IMG/VR virus record: IMGVR_UViG_3300037418_002651
Span: 5,299-69,298 of that record
Origin: a virus
Lineage: Duplodnaviria > Caudoviricetes
Direction: 5' to 3' (one strand)
Length of the DNA: 64,000 bases
The translations under genes and the position numbers were made by a program. Positions 40,628 to 50,575 of this stretch are shown here, one piece after another (within the stretch, counting starts at the first letter, position 1; every line of letters starts with the position of its first letter). Under the pieces are notes generated by a model. It was not told the DNA's origin, made no database searches, and saw only the letters and a program-made list of their open reading frames with translations.

Positions 40628-41740
40628 CTAGGCGGCCATGTAGGTGATGTTGAACCCGAGCCACGGGGTGGCCGGGACGGGACCGGAACCGGCGAAGAAG
40701 ACCATGGTCCCGTCAGGGTTGATCTGCCAGCGGGAAACACCGGGCTGACTGCTGGCGGTGGTCGACGTGCCCGTGGCGTCGATCGTGTAGCCCGGGGCGA
40801 GCTGGGACGGCAGGGTGATGGTGTAGTTGCTGGCGAAGTTTCCTCCGGCGGTCAGCTCGATCCGCCCCCGGATCCAGACCTGGTCGCCGATCTTCCGGTA
40901 CTTCGGCAGGAAGTCGGCGTTGTTGTTGGAGTAACCCCGGGTGCCGCTCGGCAGGGTCAGCGTCTGCCACGCCTGCTCGGTGGGGACCAGGGCGTTCCAG
41001 CCGTCAGTGGTCCCCTGGTACGTGTACAGCGCGATCAGGTCCGTGCGGACGCACAGGGAGCCCACGGGGACCCCCGTCGGCATGGCCGCCGCGCTGGAGG
41101 CGGTGTACACCAGGGGCTCGGTCCACTGGGCCGAGTTCGAGCCGCCCGCGATGGCCGACAGGAGCATGTTCGGCTTGGCCGGAGTGGCCCCGGGCACCGG
41201 CTGGTACAGGGTCACCAGAGAGGGAATCTGGGCCAGCGGGACCTTGGTGTTGGAGTCCAGGGAGGCCACGCCGTTGACGGCTGCCTTCTGGGACGTCGGG
41301 ATCGCGCTCACGTCGGAGGCCGCCAGGGTGAGCGCACCCGTCTTGCCGTTGACGGACGTAACCGGCGCCAGGGGCACCTGGGCGGCCGTCAGCTTCCCGG
41401 CGGAGTCCAGGGTGGCCACACCGTTCACGGCCCCCAGGGAGGCCGTCTGAACGGCCGTGGTGGGGAGCTGGGCGGCAGGCATCCGGCCGGTGGAGTCGAG
41501 CTGCGGGACGCCGTTGGCGACGCCCTTCTGGGTCGTCGGGATGGCCCCCACGTCGTCGGACGTCAGGGCCACGTTGCCGATCTTGCCGTTGACGGAGTTC
41601 ACCGACCCGGTCAGGACCGTGGGGAGCTGGGCGTTCGGGACCTTGCCGTCGGCCCCGAGCTGGGCCACCCCGTTGGCCGCCCCGATGACTGCGGACGTGA
41701 TGAAGCTCGATTCGTCGGTGGTCGTCAGGTGCTTAGGCAC
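40628..41740 (-). CDS. Short tail fibre, paralogous N-terminus to the giant spike
   Basis: MPKHLTT start; repeated NGVA.LD..G.VP..QLP and SVNGK.G...L..SDV units. Confidence 0.65.
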   Translation of the reverse strand: MPKHLTTTDESSFITSAVIGAANGVAQLGADGKVPNAQLPTVLTGSVNSVNGKIGNVALTSDDVGAIPTTQKGVANGVPQLDSTGRMPAAQLPTTAVQTASLGAVNGVATLDSAGKLTAAQVPLAPVTSVNGKTGALTLAASDVSAIPTSQKAAVNGVASLDSNTKVPLAQIPSLVTLYQPVPGATPAKPNMLLSAIAGGSNSAQWTEPLVYTASSAAAMPTGVPVGSLCVRTDLIALYTYQGTTDGWNALVPTEQAWQTLTLPSGTRGYSNNNADFLPKYRKIGDQVWIRGRIELTAGGNFASNYTITLPSQLAPGYTIDATGTSTTASSQPGVSRWQINPDGTMVFFAGSGPVPATPWLGFNITYMAA

Positions 41741-43841
41741 TTTGGGCCTCCTCGTAGAAGGTCTCCGGGTCCACGGTGACGTGCCGACGGACTCCGACCA
41801 CCTTCGGATCGGCGAACTTGCCCATGGGCTCCTGGTCCTTCAGCGGGACGTCCTCCGGCCGTTCCGGCTCCCGGTAGAGCTTCCGGGCGGCCGTACGGGT
41901 CCTCTCGGTCTGCCGGAACAGGGCGGCGGGCTTCGGCATGCCTCCGCGCTGCTCGTCCGACTCTGCGGGCCGCTGGTCGCCTTCCTGGGGCGCCTCGCCG
42001 CCGATCTCCGTGCCGTCCACCGGGGTGGCGGGCATGCCGGGCATGGCCACGCCTCCGGCGGGCTGGTTGCCCATCAGGTCCATCTGGGTGGGCGCCAGGG
42101 TCGGCGTGGGAACGCCGGGCGTCATGCCCATCTGGGGCGTCTGGATGCCCTGGGTGGCGTCCGGCAGGGCCGGGGCCATGGCCTGCTGGGCCACCGGCTG
42201 GAAGTCGGCCCGCAGGTCCGCCGGGATGGGCAGGCCCTTGTCCTTGAGGGCCTGGAAGGTCTTCTTGCGGGTCTCCTGCTCGGCCACCGCGAGGGCCACG
42301 GACTCGTCCTGGGTCCGCTCGATCTCGTCCTCGAAGTCGATGCCGGAGGCCATCAGGCGGGTCTTCATGGAGATCGGGACACCGGCGGCCCGCAGGGCCT
42401 CGAAGAACTCGCGCTCGGCGGCCTCGTCCGAGAGGGACATGGTCTGCATGGTCAGCTCGGGCACGAGCAGCTTGGGCTGCTCCACGATGCGCTCTTCGCC
42501 CGTTTCCTCGTCAATTTCGAGGATTTCTTCCATTTTGACGTAACGCTTCCCGTTACGTTCGTCGTAGTCGTAATGCTCCTGAGCCTCGGCCACGACCAGG
42601 GCACGCTGGCGGAAGTGCCGCTTGATCATGTCCTGGTAGGTGGTCAGGAGCTGGGAGACCAGGTCGCGGTTCAGGGCATCGGCCGCGTACGTCTCGCCGG
42701 AGGAGGCGCCGGACAGCATGGTCTTGCTCAGACCGAAGGCCTGGAGGATTCGGTCCTCCAGGCGCTCGAAGTCGGCCGTCATGTCGGGCATGTTCTCCCG
42801 GCCGAAGACCGGTTCCATGGTGACCGCGAAGTTGTGGACCAAGGCCCTGAAGTCGGCCGCCAGAGCCGCATCCAGGGACTCCATGAACTCCTCCAGGTCG
42901 TCCTGGGTCGGAATCCACGGCGATTCGGTGCCCAGGTCGCTCGCGGAGGCACCGAGCTTCACCAGGACCAGCGGGGTGTACAGGCGGTCCGCCACGGCGT
43001 CTTGGGCGGCGTTCAGCATCTCCTCCTGCATGACGGCCCGCATGGCTCGCATGAGGAGCGGGATGCCGCGCTTGGCGAAGGTGTCGCCCTTGAACTTCAT
43101 CTGCCTGAGCAGGATGTTCGACACCGGCATGAGGTCGTCGGCCCCCGCGTACCGCGCGAGTTCCGGGTAGACCTTCATGAGCTTCTCGTACTCCCATGCG
43201 GGCTGGCGCCGCTGCATGACCTCGCGGATGGTCTCCGGAAGCCGGATCAGGAAGCGGGGCTCCTTCAGGAACGCGGAGCGCTGCACCGTGACGTCGTCCG
43301 GGTTCAGCAGCTCCTCGTCGTCCCAGATGCCCAGGGACTCGTTGAACGTCCCGAAGGGCCACGCCTCACCGACGGTCCAGTACTCGCGGCCGACGTCCAG
43401 CAGGAACTCGTCGTAGTTCAGGCCGTCCTCGGTGAAGAACAGGTCCTCGTAGAACTGGGTGATCTGCTCGTCCTTGCAGCGCAGCTCCATGCCCAGCAGG
43501 GGGTACTTCGTGTAGATGTCGATGCACGAGGCGATGACCGGGTGGGTCTGGTAGAGCAGGCGGCAGTACTGCCGGAGCTGCCGGAGCTGGGCCTCGTCAT
43601 CGATCTCGTACGGGAGGTTGTTCTGCTTCCAGTAGAACAGCGGGTCCCGGGGGCGGCCGGTCGCAAAAGCGGTCGCCGGGGTGGCCGTCGCCGTCTTGCG
43701 CATGGCCACCCGGCGGTTCTTGCGCATCTGCTCGGCCTCGGGACTGCCGTCGGTCTGAGCGGCTCCGCCGCGACGCATGGCCTTGCCCAAATGCTTGAAC
43801 GCGGCCTCTTGGTAGGCGTCTCGGGCGGAGTTCTCAGGCAT
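41733..43841 (-). CDS. Portal protein
   Basis: 702 aa; CRLLYQTHPVIASCIDIY, EYWTVGEAWP, RGIPLLMRA and acidic C-terminal tail are portal-like. Confidence 0.7.
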   Translation of the reverse strand: MPENSARDAYQEAAFKHLGKAMRRGGAAQTDGSPEAEQMRKNRRVAMRKTATATPATAFATGRPRDPLFYWKQNNLPYEIDDEAQLRQLRQYCRLLYQTHPVIASCIDIYTKYPLLGMELRCKDEQITQFYEDLFFTEDGLNYDEFLLDVGREYWTVGEAWPFGTFNESLGIWDDEELLNPDDVTVQRSAFLKEPRFLIRLPETIREVMQRRQPAWEYEKLMKVYPELARYAGADDLMPVSNILLRQMKFKGDTFAKRGIPLLMRAMRAVMQEEMLNAAQDAVADRLYTPLVLVKLGASASDLGTESPWIPTQDDLEEFMESLDAALAADFRALVHNFAVTMEPVFGRENMPDMTADFERLEDRILQAFGLSKTMLSGASSGETYAADALNRDLVSQLLTTYQDMIKRHFRQRALVVAEAQEHYDYDERNGKRYVKMEEILEIDEETGEERIVEQPKLLVPELTMQTMSLSDEAAEREFFEALRAAGVPISMKTRLMASGIDFEDEIERTQDESVALAVAEQETRKKTFQALKDKGLPIPADLRADFQPVAQQAMAPALPDATQGIQTPQMGMTPGVPTPTLAPTQMDLMGNQPAGGVAMPGMPATPVDGTEIGGEAPQEGDQRPAESDEQRGGMPKPAALFRQTERTRTAARKLYREPERPEDVPLKDQEPMGKFADPKVVGVRRHVTVDPETFYEEAQSA

Positions 43842-44142
43842 CGTTGGTCTCCTTCTTCGCAGCGGCAGCTACCGCACGGACGAGGTTGCCGAAGCACCTC
43901 TTGACGGTCCACGGCACCTCTCCCTGGGCCTCCAGGGAGATCAGAAGCCGGACGTTGTCCGAGCAGGTGCCGCAGAGATAGATCTTCTCCCCCGGAGTGT
44001 GCGGCATCGGGAAGGGGTGGACCACCATCGGCCGGGGCGAGTGGAACTTCGACCCCTGGCACTCGTGTTCGCGGGCGAGGATGCCGGGCAGCTCTGTTCG
44101 GGGGAATGCCTCGATGTGCGCGAGGACCTCCCCGGGGATCAC
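43834..44142 (-). CDS. Hypothetical Zn-binding protein
   Basis: 102 aa; HEC...YLCGTC. Confidence 0.5.
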   Translation of the reverse strand: MIPGEVLAHIEAFPRTELPGILAREHECQGSKFHSPRPMVVHPFPMPHTPGEKIYLCGTCSDNVRLLISLEAQGEVPWTVKRCFGNLVRAVAAAAKKETNDA

Positions 44143-44351
44143 GCCTTCCGACCCCTCTCGCTCCGACCCGAAGACTGGCCCGCCTCACGGCGGACCGGCT
44201 TGGTCGAGAGCACTCCTCGCCGCAGCATCTCCGACCCCTCGCGGTCGTCCACGGCGTACGTCACGGAATCGCCACGCGTGCGCTCGTTACCCTGAGCGTC
44301 GATGTGGTCCACCACGACGTAGAGCGTCCGGTCTTTCGTCTCCTGGGTCAT
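44139..44351 (-). CDS. Small hypothetical protein
   Basis: ATG 44351 in TAATG overlap; MTQETKDRTLYVVVDH... Confidence 0.55.
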   Translation of the reverse strand: MTQETKDRTLYVVVDHIDAQGNERTRGDSVTYAVDDREGSEMLRRGVLSTKPVRREAGQSSGRSERGRKA

Positions 44352-45088
44352 TACCGTCCCTCCCGGACTCGCTCGATCACGTCGTCCTTGTTGTCTGCGA
44401 ACTTGATCGCCAGGTGCCTGAGGTAGTTCTCGTACTCCAGGGATGCGCCGCTGGCGGTACGGAGCATGGAGCCCTTGGCGAACGGCGGGGCGTCGTCGCC
44501 ACCGTCGTCCCCCTCGGGCTCCTCGTCGCCGCCATCGTCGTCCTCGCCGGGCGGGAAACCTCCGTCCTCGCCCGGGTCTCCTCCGCCCATCGGGTTGCCG
44601 CCCATGGGGTCCATCGGGTCCTGCCCGGGGGCAGCCGGAGGGCCGCCGATCTCGCCGGGCATGCCTGGGACCTGCATGGGCATCCCGTTGATGGTCTGCG
44701 GGAAGGCCGGGAACTGCGGCTGGACCTGCACGGTGAAGCAGGTGTGGCAGTACTCGCACTCCGTGGTGCGGTCCGACCGGGCGATCACCTGGCCCGAGCC
44801 GCAGAACGGGCAGTGGAAGATCGTCGCTCCGTCGCCGGAGTCGTGGGCCTGCTTGCGCACTGCGGTCCTCCGCTTGGTCTTCTCCCCCAGGTACTGGTCC
44901 TGGGGCCAGCCCAGGTCCCGCTGCGGGTGGGGGCCGTTGGCCTTGCAGCCCCGGCACTCGCCCTCACCGAACATCACCTTGCCCGGCTCGGCCTTGCCGC
45001 CGAGGTGGCCGATGTAGTCGTGGTAGTGGCCGGGGCACATCTTGACGGGGTTGCCGGTGCGGGCAACGTCCACCAGGGCGACCTTCAC
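44351..45088 (-). CDS. Zn-ribbon protein
   Basis: GTG 45088 with RBS GGAGGTG; CPFCGSGQVI...CEYCH. Confidence 0.55.
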   Translation of the reverse strand: MKVALVDVARTGNPVKMCPGHYHDYIGHLGGKAEPGKVMFGEGECRGCKANGPHPQRDLGWPQDQYLGEKTKRRTAVRKQAHDSGDGATIFHCPFCGSGQVIARSDRTTECEYCHTCFTVQVQPQFPAFPQTINGMPMQVPGMPGEIGGPPAAPGQDPMDPMGGNPMGGGDPGEDGGFPPGEDDDGGDEEPEGDDGGDDAPPFAKGSMLRTASGASLEYENYLRHLAIKFADNKDDVIERVREGR

Positions 45089-48000
45089 GAGGCCACCTCC
45101 TCGAACAGGTCGGTCAGGGTGCGGCGGGACGCTTCCTTCGGGTGCGGATCGCTCTTCTCGGACATGCCCCCGTTGGTGTGGGTCTCCGGGAAGTTCTGCT
45201 GGCCGTTGAGGAGCCCCTCGTGCGTGTGCTTGGGCAGGTCGAGCTTCGGGGCGCCCTGGTGCTCCTGGGCGTGGAAATTGATCAGCTTCTGGACCTTGTT
45301 CTTGTGCCACGCCAGGTCATCATCCGTCGCCCCGTGGTGCTCCTTGAGGTGCTGGATGATCTGGGACGAGGCGCTCGGGGCGTCCTTCATCGTCTCCGCA
45401 GAGTGGCCCGAGGGGTCCTGGTGGGCGGTGCCGCCGAAGTGCTTGTGCTCCGGGTCCGAGAAGCTCTTGATGTACGAGGAGTGCTCCTGGTGGTGGAGCT
45501 TCATCAGGTCCTCGGTCTTGCCGCTCGCCTGCTTGAACGCGTAGGACGTCGGGTCGGCCCCGTGGTCGTTGACCAGGTGGTCGTGGACGGCCTTGTGCTC
45601 CGCGATCTGCTTGTCCAGCTCCGGGCCGTGGACGTGGAACTTCGGTGCGCCCTCGGTCGACGGGCCGAAGCTCTTGTGGCACTGGCTGTGCAGAGCCTCG
45701 GCCACCCCGGGGTGCTTCTCGAAGAGCCCCTTGAGGGAGCCCTTCGCCGCTCCGATGCCGTGGTACTTGGCGTCGGCCATGTGGTCCAGCAGATCCTCGC
45801 CCTTCGGGTAGTGCGCCTCATCGAAGGAGGCCTGCTCCCCCTCCATGTCGTGCGAGTGCTTGATCTTGTGGATGAGGTCGCCGTCGTAGTCCTTGGATCC
45901 CCACTTGACCGCGTTGTCGGCGTCGTGGGCCTTCTTGTGCGCCTCGACAGCCTCCTCCGGGGTCATCTTGGCGATGTCCCCGATGTGGAGCGACCCCACG
46001 CCTCCGGCCGTCCCCGCGTGGGACAGCAGCAGGTGGGCGTGCGTCTCCTCCGGGGTCATCTCCTTTTTAAATTGCCCGAAGACCTGCTTGTGGTCGTGGC
46101 CGACCTCGAACCCCCGGGACGTGGCCTCCTTGGGGTTCAGGTGCAGCCACTGGTGGTGGTTCTTGAGGGCGTTCTCGTCCCAACTGCCGTTGTCATCGAA
46201 CTCCTCACCACCCACATCGGACTTGTGATGGTGGTACAGGTGGGCGGCCAGTTCCGCGCCGTTCTTGTGGTCCTGGAGCTTGGCCTCGCTGCGCAGGCCG
46301 TAGCTGGCGCCGGACGTCTCACCGTTGGAGTCGTAGTCCTGCGGCTTGACCGACTTTCCGAAGGACTGGAGCTTGCCCCACTCCGGCAGCTTCTCCCCGC
46401 AGCTCACGCACTCCTCGGAGTGGGCGTTGTCCTTGTGCTTCTCGTCGCAGTGCGGGCAGTACGCCTCCTTGGACCAGTTGTCCGGGTTCTCCTCGCAGTC
46501 GCCGCTGGAGTGGTCGGCGTAGTCGTCGCAGTGGTCGCAGTAGTCGTGGGTGCCGTCGTCCTTGGTGTGGCTGCCGTACTCCTCGCAGACGTCACACCAC
46601 TTATCCGGGCAATCCTCGGTGGTGTGCGACACCTCCTCTTCGCAGTGGTCGCAGTAGTGCGTTTCGTCATCGTCGTCGCCGCTGAAAGCCTCGCCGTCAG
46701 GGAGGTACCGGTCCTTGTCGCCCCGGCCGACAGCGGTCTTGTTGGACTGCGGCTCGTCACGCTTGGCCCGGTTGGCCTCCTTGACCTCGTCGTCCTCCGG
46801 CAGATGGTCCAGGCGCTTACCGAGGTACTGGTCCGGCGAGTAGTGCTTGGGGTGCTCCCAGCCCCGGGTCAGCCTGCCCTTGTTCGAGTTGAACTCGCTC
46901 ACGTCGTCGTCGCGCTCGTCGCCGTGCTCGCCCCGGCACCCGCCATGGGTGATCTCGATCTGGTCGGCGGACAGCGGAATGGCGTTCCAGTGGCCATGGG
47001 GGTGGTCCGCCTGGTTGCGGACGTGGATGCCGTCGTAGCCGGAGGCCCGCAGGGAGTCCCGGTAGGCCTCCAGGCCGAACTTGCCGTCGTCGCGGTGGTG
47101 GCCCTTGGCGTACTCCAGGAGCGTGTCCGAGCAGCAGTGGTTGTAGCCGGAGTCGTCGGCGTGGTTGTTGTGGTAGTGGCCGCCGTCCTGGAGGTGGCCC
47201 GAGGCGCGCAGGCGCTCGTAAGCGTCGTGCGCCATGTGGTTCAGGGAGTTGTAGGTGATCGGGTTCTTGATGTGCAGCTTGGCGTGGATGACCCGGTTGC
47301 CGCCGTTGTTGAAGTGCCGGGCCATCTGGTGCAGGGACGTCCAGTGGGTGCCGACGTGGTTGTTCCAGTCACCAGCGCCGAAGTTGCCCCAGAACCCCTC
47401 CTCGTCCTTCAGCTCGGTGGCGTTCTTGGGAGGACCGTCGAAGCTCGCACCGGTGCCGTGGTACCACTCCTTGACCGCCGGGTGGGTGTCGTCGTCCCGC
47501 ATCTCGGAGTGGTGGGTGTTGGGCAGGAGGACTCGCGGGTCCCGCATGGGGCCGCCCGGGTGGATGTGGCCGTGGCCGATGTCCAGCTCGGACTTCTTCA
47601 GGTGCAGCTTCTCGTGGTGGGCCTTGAACTCCGCCGGAGTCATGGAGGCCACCTCGGCCTGGGACATGCCGTGCTCGTGCACCAAGTGGCTGCCCACGGA
47701 GATCTGGGTCGGAGGGCCGCTCTCCTCGGCGTGGTCGTGGCCGTCCAGCACCTTGGGCAGCGTGTTGCCCATGGAGGTCTTGGATCCCGGCGTGTGCAGG
47801 GCCTCGTGGTAGGCCACCATCGAGGGCTTCTTGCCGGTGTTGTTGCCCTTGGACCAGTCCATGTAGTCGGACTGGTTGACGTTCGGGTGGTGCTTGATGA
47901 TGTGGGCGAGCGCCTCGTGATCGTTGGTGACCGCCGGGTGCGTGTCGGTCTGGATCTCCGGCTCGGTCCCGTAGTGGGCGTTGACGTCCTCCAGGGGGTT

Positions 48001-50049
48001 CGACTGCTCCACCGGCTCGTGACCGTGCCCGTCGGTCTCCCCGGACCCGTGCATGAGCGCGTGCTGCTGGATCAGCTCGTCGTGGCTCTTGGAGGCGTTC
48101 TCGGCGTGCAGCTTGAACTTGTGCAGCATGGGCAGCTCGCTGTTGGTGCCCTTGCCCACGTGGTGCACCATCAGGTGCGTTTGCAGGTCCTTCTTGGACA
48201 TCGTGGAGCCGTGCTCGTAGTGCTGCGCGTGGCTCGCCGAGGGCAGCGACTGCACAACCGGACCGTCCGGGTCCCCGGAGGCGTGCTCGTGTCCGGGGTG
48301 ACCCTTGTAGCCGTACGACTCCGGGTCATGGGCCTCGGCGTGGGCCATCTGCGGGCTGCCGTAGCCGTCCCAGCCGTGGTGCTCCGTGAGGTGCTGCTTG
48401 AGCTGCTCCTTCTTGAGCTTCTCCGGGCTCATCACACCCGGATGGATCGTCGGCACGTGCTGGTGACCGACGGAGGCCCCGCCGTCCCCGTGAATATTGT
48501 CGTGAACCTGCTCGTAGACCTTGTGGAGGTCTTCGTCCTTGAAGAGGTCGGTGAGCCCCAGCTTCTTCTTGACGGGGTCCATGTGCGTATTGAGGTCGCC
48601 TGCACTCAGGCCGTGGCCACCCTGAGACACCGGGTCGTTGAGGTGGTTGAACATCTTCTGCACATCGGACGGCGGAGCACCCCAGAACGGCGTCCCGTGG
48701 TCCTGGTGGGCCGGAGAGATCTTCGGGCCGCCGGTGTAGTGCTCGTGCTCGTGCGCGAACTCGTGCTGACCCTCGGCGTGGGCCTTGTTGTGGAGCATGG
48801 CCACGACGTGCGAGGGGTCGGTCGCCTCGAACGTGCCATTGATCGCGTTCTCCAGATGGTCCGGGTTGATCCCGTGATCCACCAGGAGGTGGTTGTGCAA
48901 GCCGCTGTTTGAGTACAGGGCCGGGTTCTTGACCTTCTCCGGACCTTCCGGCTCGGACGCCGAGACCGGGCCGCCGTGATCATGGGCAGGGTCACTGGCG
49001 CCGGGGAGACCGCTCTTGTGGTGATTGTTGTGCCACTCCTCCATGTGGCTGGTGGGAGACCCAGTTTCGGTCTCGCCGCTCATGTAACCGCTCTGGATCA
49101 TCTCCAAGCCCTTGGGCTTGATCCCGTGACTGTCCAGGATGTGCTGGGACATCTCCTCGGGCGTCATGGACCCATGGCTGTGCCCGACCGTCTCCTTCTC
49201 CGCCACGCCCTCGGGGTGGGTGTGCTTCGGGGCGTCGGAGCCGGAGTACGCCGAATTCTCGTGGAACTGGTCGTGGGTGTCCTTGAGCGCGTCGTGGTCG
49301 CCCTTGAGGAGATCTACCTCCCAGTCCGCGATCGGATGGTGTTTCGTGAGGTGCTCGGCGATCCCCTCGACGCCCTCGGGGTGGGGCAGCTCCGACTTCT
49401 GGTGCGTGTGATCCAGATAGTCCAGGTACTTGTTGTCGTCGTGGCTCTTCTGGTGGAGGTTCGCCAGGTCCTGGTGGTTGTTCTCGAAGAGGTCGACGTG
49501 ATGCTGATTGAAGCCGTGACCGGCCATCAGGTGCTGCTTGATCTGCTCCGTCGACATGTTGGACGGATGCGGAGGGACCTCCTCGGCCGCCGTCTTGCCC
49601 TGGAGGGAGCTGCGCTTCTTGCGCCGCCACAGCCGCAGTCGGGTCTGGCGGGGCGTCTCCTGCTGGTGGTCGTACGGCTCCGAGTCGCCTGCGGCAGCCT
49701 CTCCGTGCTCCTCGGCCTCGCGCAGGTGGTCCGAGCGGAAGGCCCGCTCGTTGCCCAGCAGGGCCTTGTGCTTGTTGAACTTTTCCCAGACGGAGTTGGG
49801 CAGCGGCTGCTGGAGTGGGTGGACGTCCTCGCGGGGCGCCAGGTCGCCGTCCCAGAAATCGAACAGCTCGTTCGGCTGCGGCTTGCGCTGAGCGCCTCCG
49901 GAGGGGGTGTCGGGCCCCTTCTTGGCCGCCTTACGCCTCAGTTCCACGGCCGCGCACCCCTGGCACAGCAACTTGCCGTCCACCCGCTGCCGGGGGATGT
50001 GCGGGGACGAGAACCCTCCGCACTGCTCGCACGTCCGCTTGTTGGTCAC
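45085..50049 (-). CDS. 1654-aa polyvalent-type protein: His-repeats, ART-PolyVal-like domain, CxxC cluster
   Basis: WYHGT...GTHWTS...HAKLHIKNP...GYDGIHV...DQIEIT ART-like core; 14 His-rich repeats; five CxxC units. Confidence 0.65.
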   Translation of the reverse strand: MTNKRTCEQCGGFSSPHIPRQRVDGKLLCQGCAAVELRRKAAKKGPDTPSGGAQRKPQPNELFDFWDGDLAPREDVHPLQQPLPNSVWEKFNKHKALLGNERAFRSDHLREAEEHGEAAAGDSEPYDHQQETPRQTRLRLWRRKKRSSLQGKTAAEEVPPHPSNMSTEQIKQHLMAGHGFNQHHVDLFENNHQDLANLHQKSHDDNKYLDYLDHTHQKSELPHPEGVEGIAEHLTKHHPIADWEVDLLKGDHDALKDTHDQFHENSAYSGSDAPKHTHPEGVAEKETVGHSHGSMTPEEMSQHILDSHGIKPKGLEMIQSGYMSGETETGSPTSHMEEWHNNHHKSGLPGASDPAHDHGGPVSASEPEGPEKVKNPALYSNSGLHNHLLVDHGINPDHLENAINGTFEATDPSHVVAMLHNKAHAEGQHEFAHEHEHYTGGPKISPAHQDHGTPFWGAPPSDVQKMFNHLNDPVSQGGHGLSAGDLNTHMDPVKKKLGLTDLFKDEDLHKVYEQVHDNIHGDGGASVGHQHVPTIHPGVMSPEKLKKEQLKQHLTEHHGWDGYGSPQMAHAEAHDPESYGYKGHPGHEHASGDPDGPVVQSLPSASHAQHYEHGSTMSKKDLQTHLMVHHVGKGTNSELPMLHKFKLHAENASKSHDELIQQHALMHGSGETDGHGHEPVEQSNPLEDVNAHYGTEPEIQTDTHPAVTNDHEALAHIIKHHPNVNQSDYMDWSKGNNTGKKPSMVAYHEALHTPGSKTSMGNTLPKVLDGHDHAEESGPPTQISVGSHLVHEHGMSQAEVASMTPAEFKAHHEKLHLKKSELDIGHGHIHPGGPMRDPRVLLPNTHHSEMRDDDTHPAVKEWYHGTGASFDGPPKNATELKDEEGFWGNFGAGDWNNHVGTHWTSLHQMARHFNNGGNRVIHAKLHIKNPITYNSLNHMAHDAYERLRASGHLQDGGHYHNNHADDSGYNHCCSDTLLEYAKGHHRDDGKFGLEAYRDSLRASGYDGIHVRNQADHPHGHWNAIPLSADQIEITHGGCRGEHGDERDDDVSEFNSNKGRLTRGWEHPKHYSPDQYLGKRLDHLPEDDEVKEANRAKRDEPQSNKTAVGRGDKDRYLPDGEAFSGDDDDETHYCDHCEEEVSHTTEDCPDKWCDVCEEYGSHTKDDGTHDYCDHCDDYADHSSGDCEENPDNWSKEAYCPHCDEKHKDNAHSEECVSCGEKLPEWGKLQSFGKSVKPQDYDSNGETSGASYGLRSEAKLQDHKNGAELAAHLYHHHKSDVGGEEFDDNGSWDENALKNHHQWLHLNPKEATSRGFEVGHDHKQVFGQFKKEMTPEETHAHLLLSHAGTAGGVGSLHIGDIAKMTPEEAVEAHKKAHDADNAVKWGSKDYDGDLIHKIKHSHDMEGEQASFDEAHYPKGEDLLDHMADAKYHGIGAAKGSLKGLFEKHPGVAEALHSQCHKSFGPSTEGAPKFHVHGPELDKQIAEHKAVHDHLVNDHGADPTSYAFKQASGKTEDLMKLHHQEHSSYIKSFSDPEHKHFGGTAHQDPSGHSAETMKDAPSASSQIIQHLKEHHGATDDDLAWHKNKVQKLINFHAQEHQGAPKLDLPKHTHEGLLNGQQNFPETHTNGGMSEKSDPHPKEASRRTLTDLFEEVAS

Positions 50050-50092
50050 AGCCCACCTCCACCTCTTCGGCGGAGATCCGGCCTGAAGGACA

Positions 50093-50575
50093 TCAGGAGG
50101 TGCCGAAGGCGTCCCTGATCAGTGCGGCGGAGGCCAGGCGGACCATCTCGTCGGACTCGTCGTCGTCCAGGTGGGAGGCCAGTGCGGTGAACGAGGCCGA
50201 GGCCCGGATCCGCCCGGCGACCAGGGCCAAGGCCTCCTCAGCGATCTCCTGGAAGGCGGAGAGCTTCCCGGAGTCGGCCATGGCGTTCAGGAGGGCCTGG
50301 GAGCCGCCCTCGTCGTAGATCTGGCGGGCGGTGAAGGTACCGAGGCCGGATACCTCCAGGGAGTCGTCCAGGGCTTCCTCCACGGATCCCTGGCGGCTCT
50401 GGAGGGGTTCGAGGTCCAGGGTGTCCACGAGGGTCACCTGACCCGACAGGGAACCGGTCTTCCACTGCACGTGGGCGCAATGACCGGACGCAACGAGGAT
50501 GGACCCCTGGTCACCTGGGGACAGGGGTCCCTCGCTCACGCCGGTGTAGACGATCCGGCACCCGTCGTACAGCAC
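50093..50575 (-). CDS. Hypothetical protein
   Basis: 160 aa, coupled to the upstream stop. Confidence 0.5.
   Translation of the reverse strand: MLYDGCRIVYTGVSEGPLSPGDQGSILVASGHCAHVQWKTGSLSGQVTLVDTLDLEPLQSRQGSVEEALDDSLEVSGLGTFTARQIYDEGGSQALLNAMADSGKLSAFQEIAEEALALVAGRIRASASFTALASHLDDDESDEMVRLASAALIRDAFGTS

Noticed and set aside
45142-48912. Long plus-strand ORFs (this one, 11499-14231, 2664-5126, 7814-10318, 41457-43904 and others)
   Set aside because: Antisense shadows of GC3-biased minus-strand genes, with no motifs or RBS
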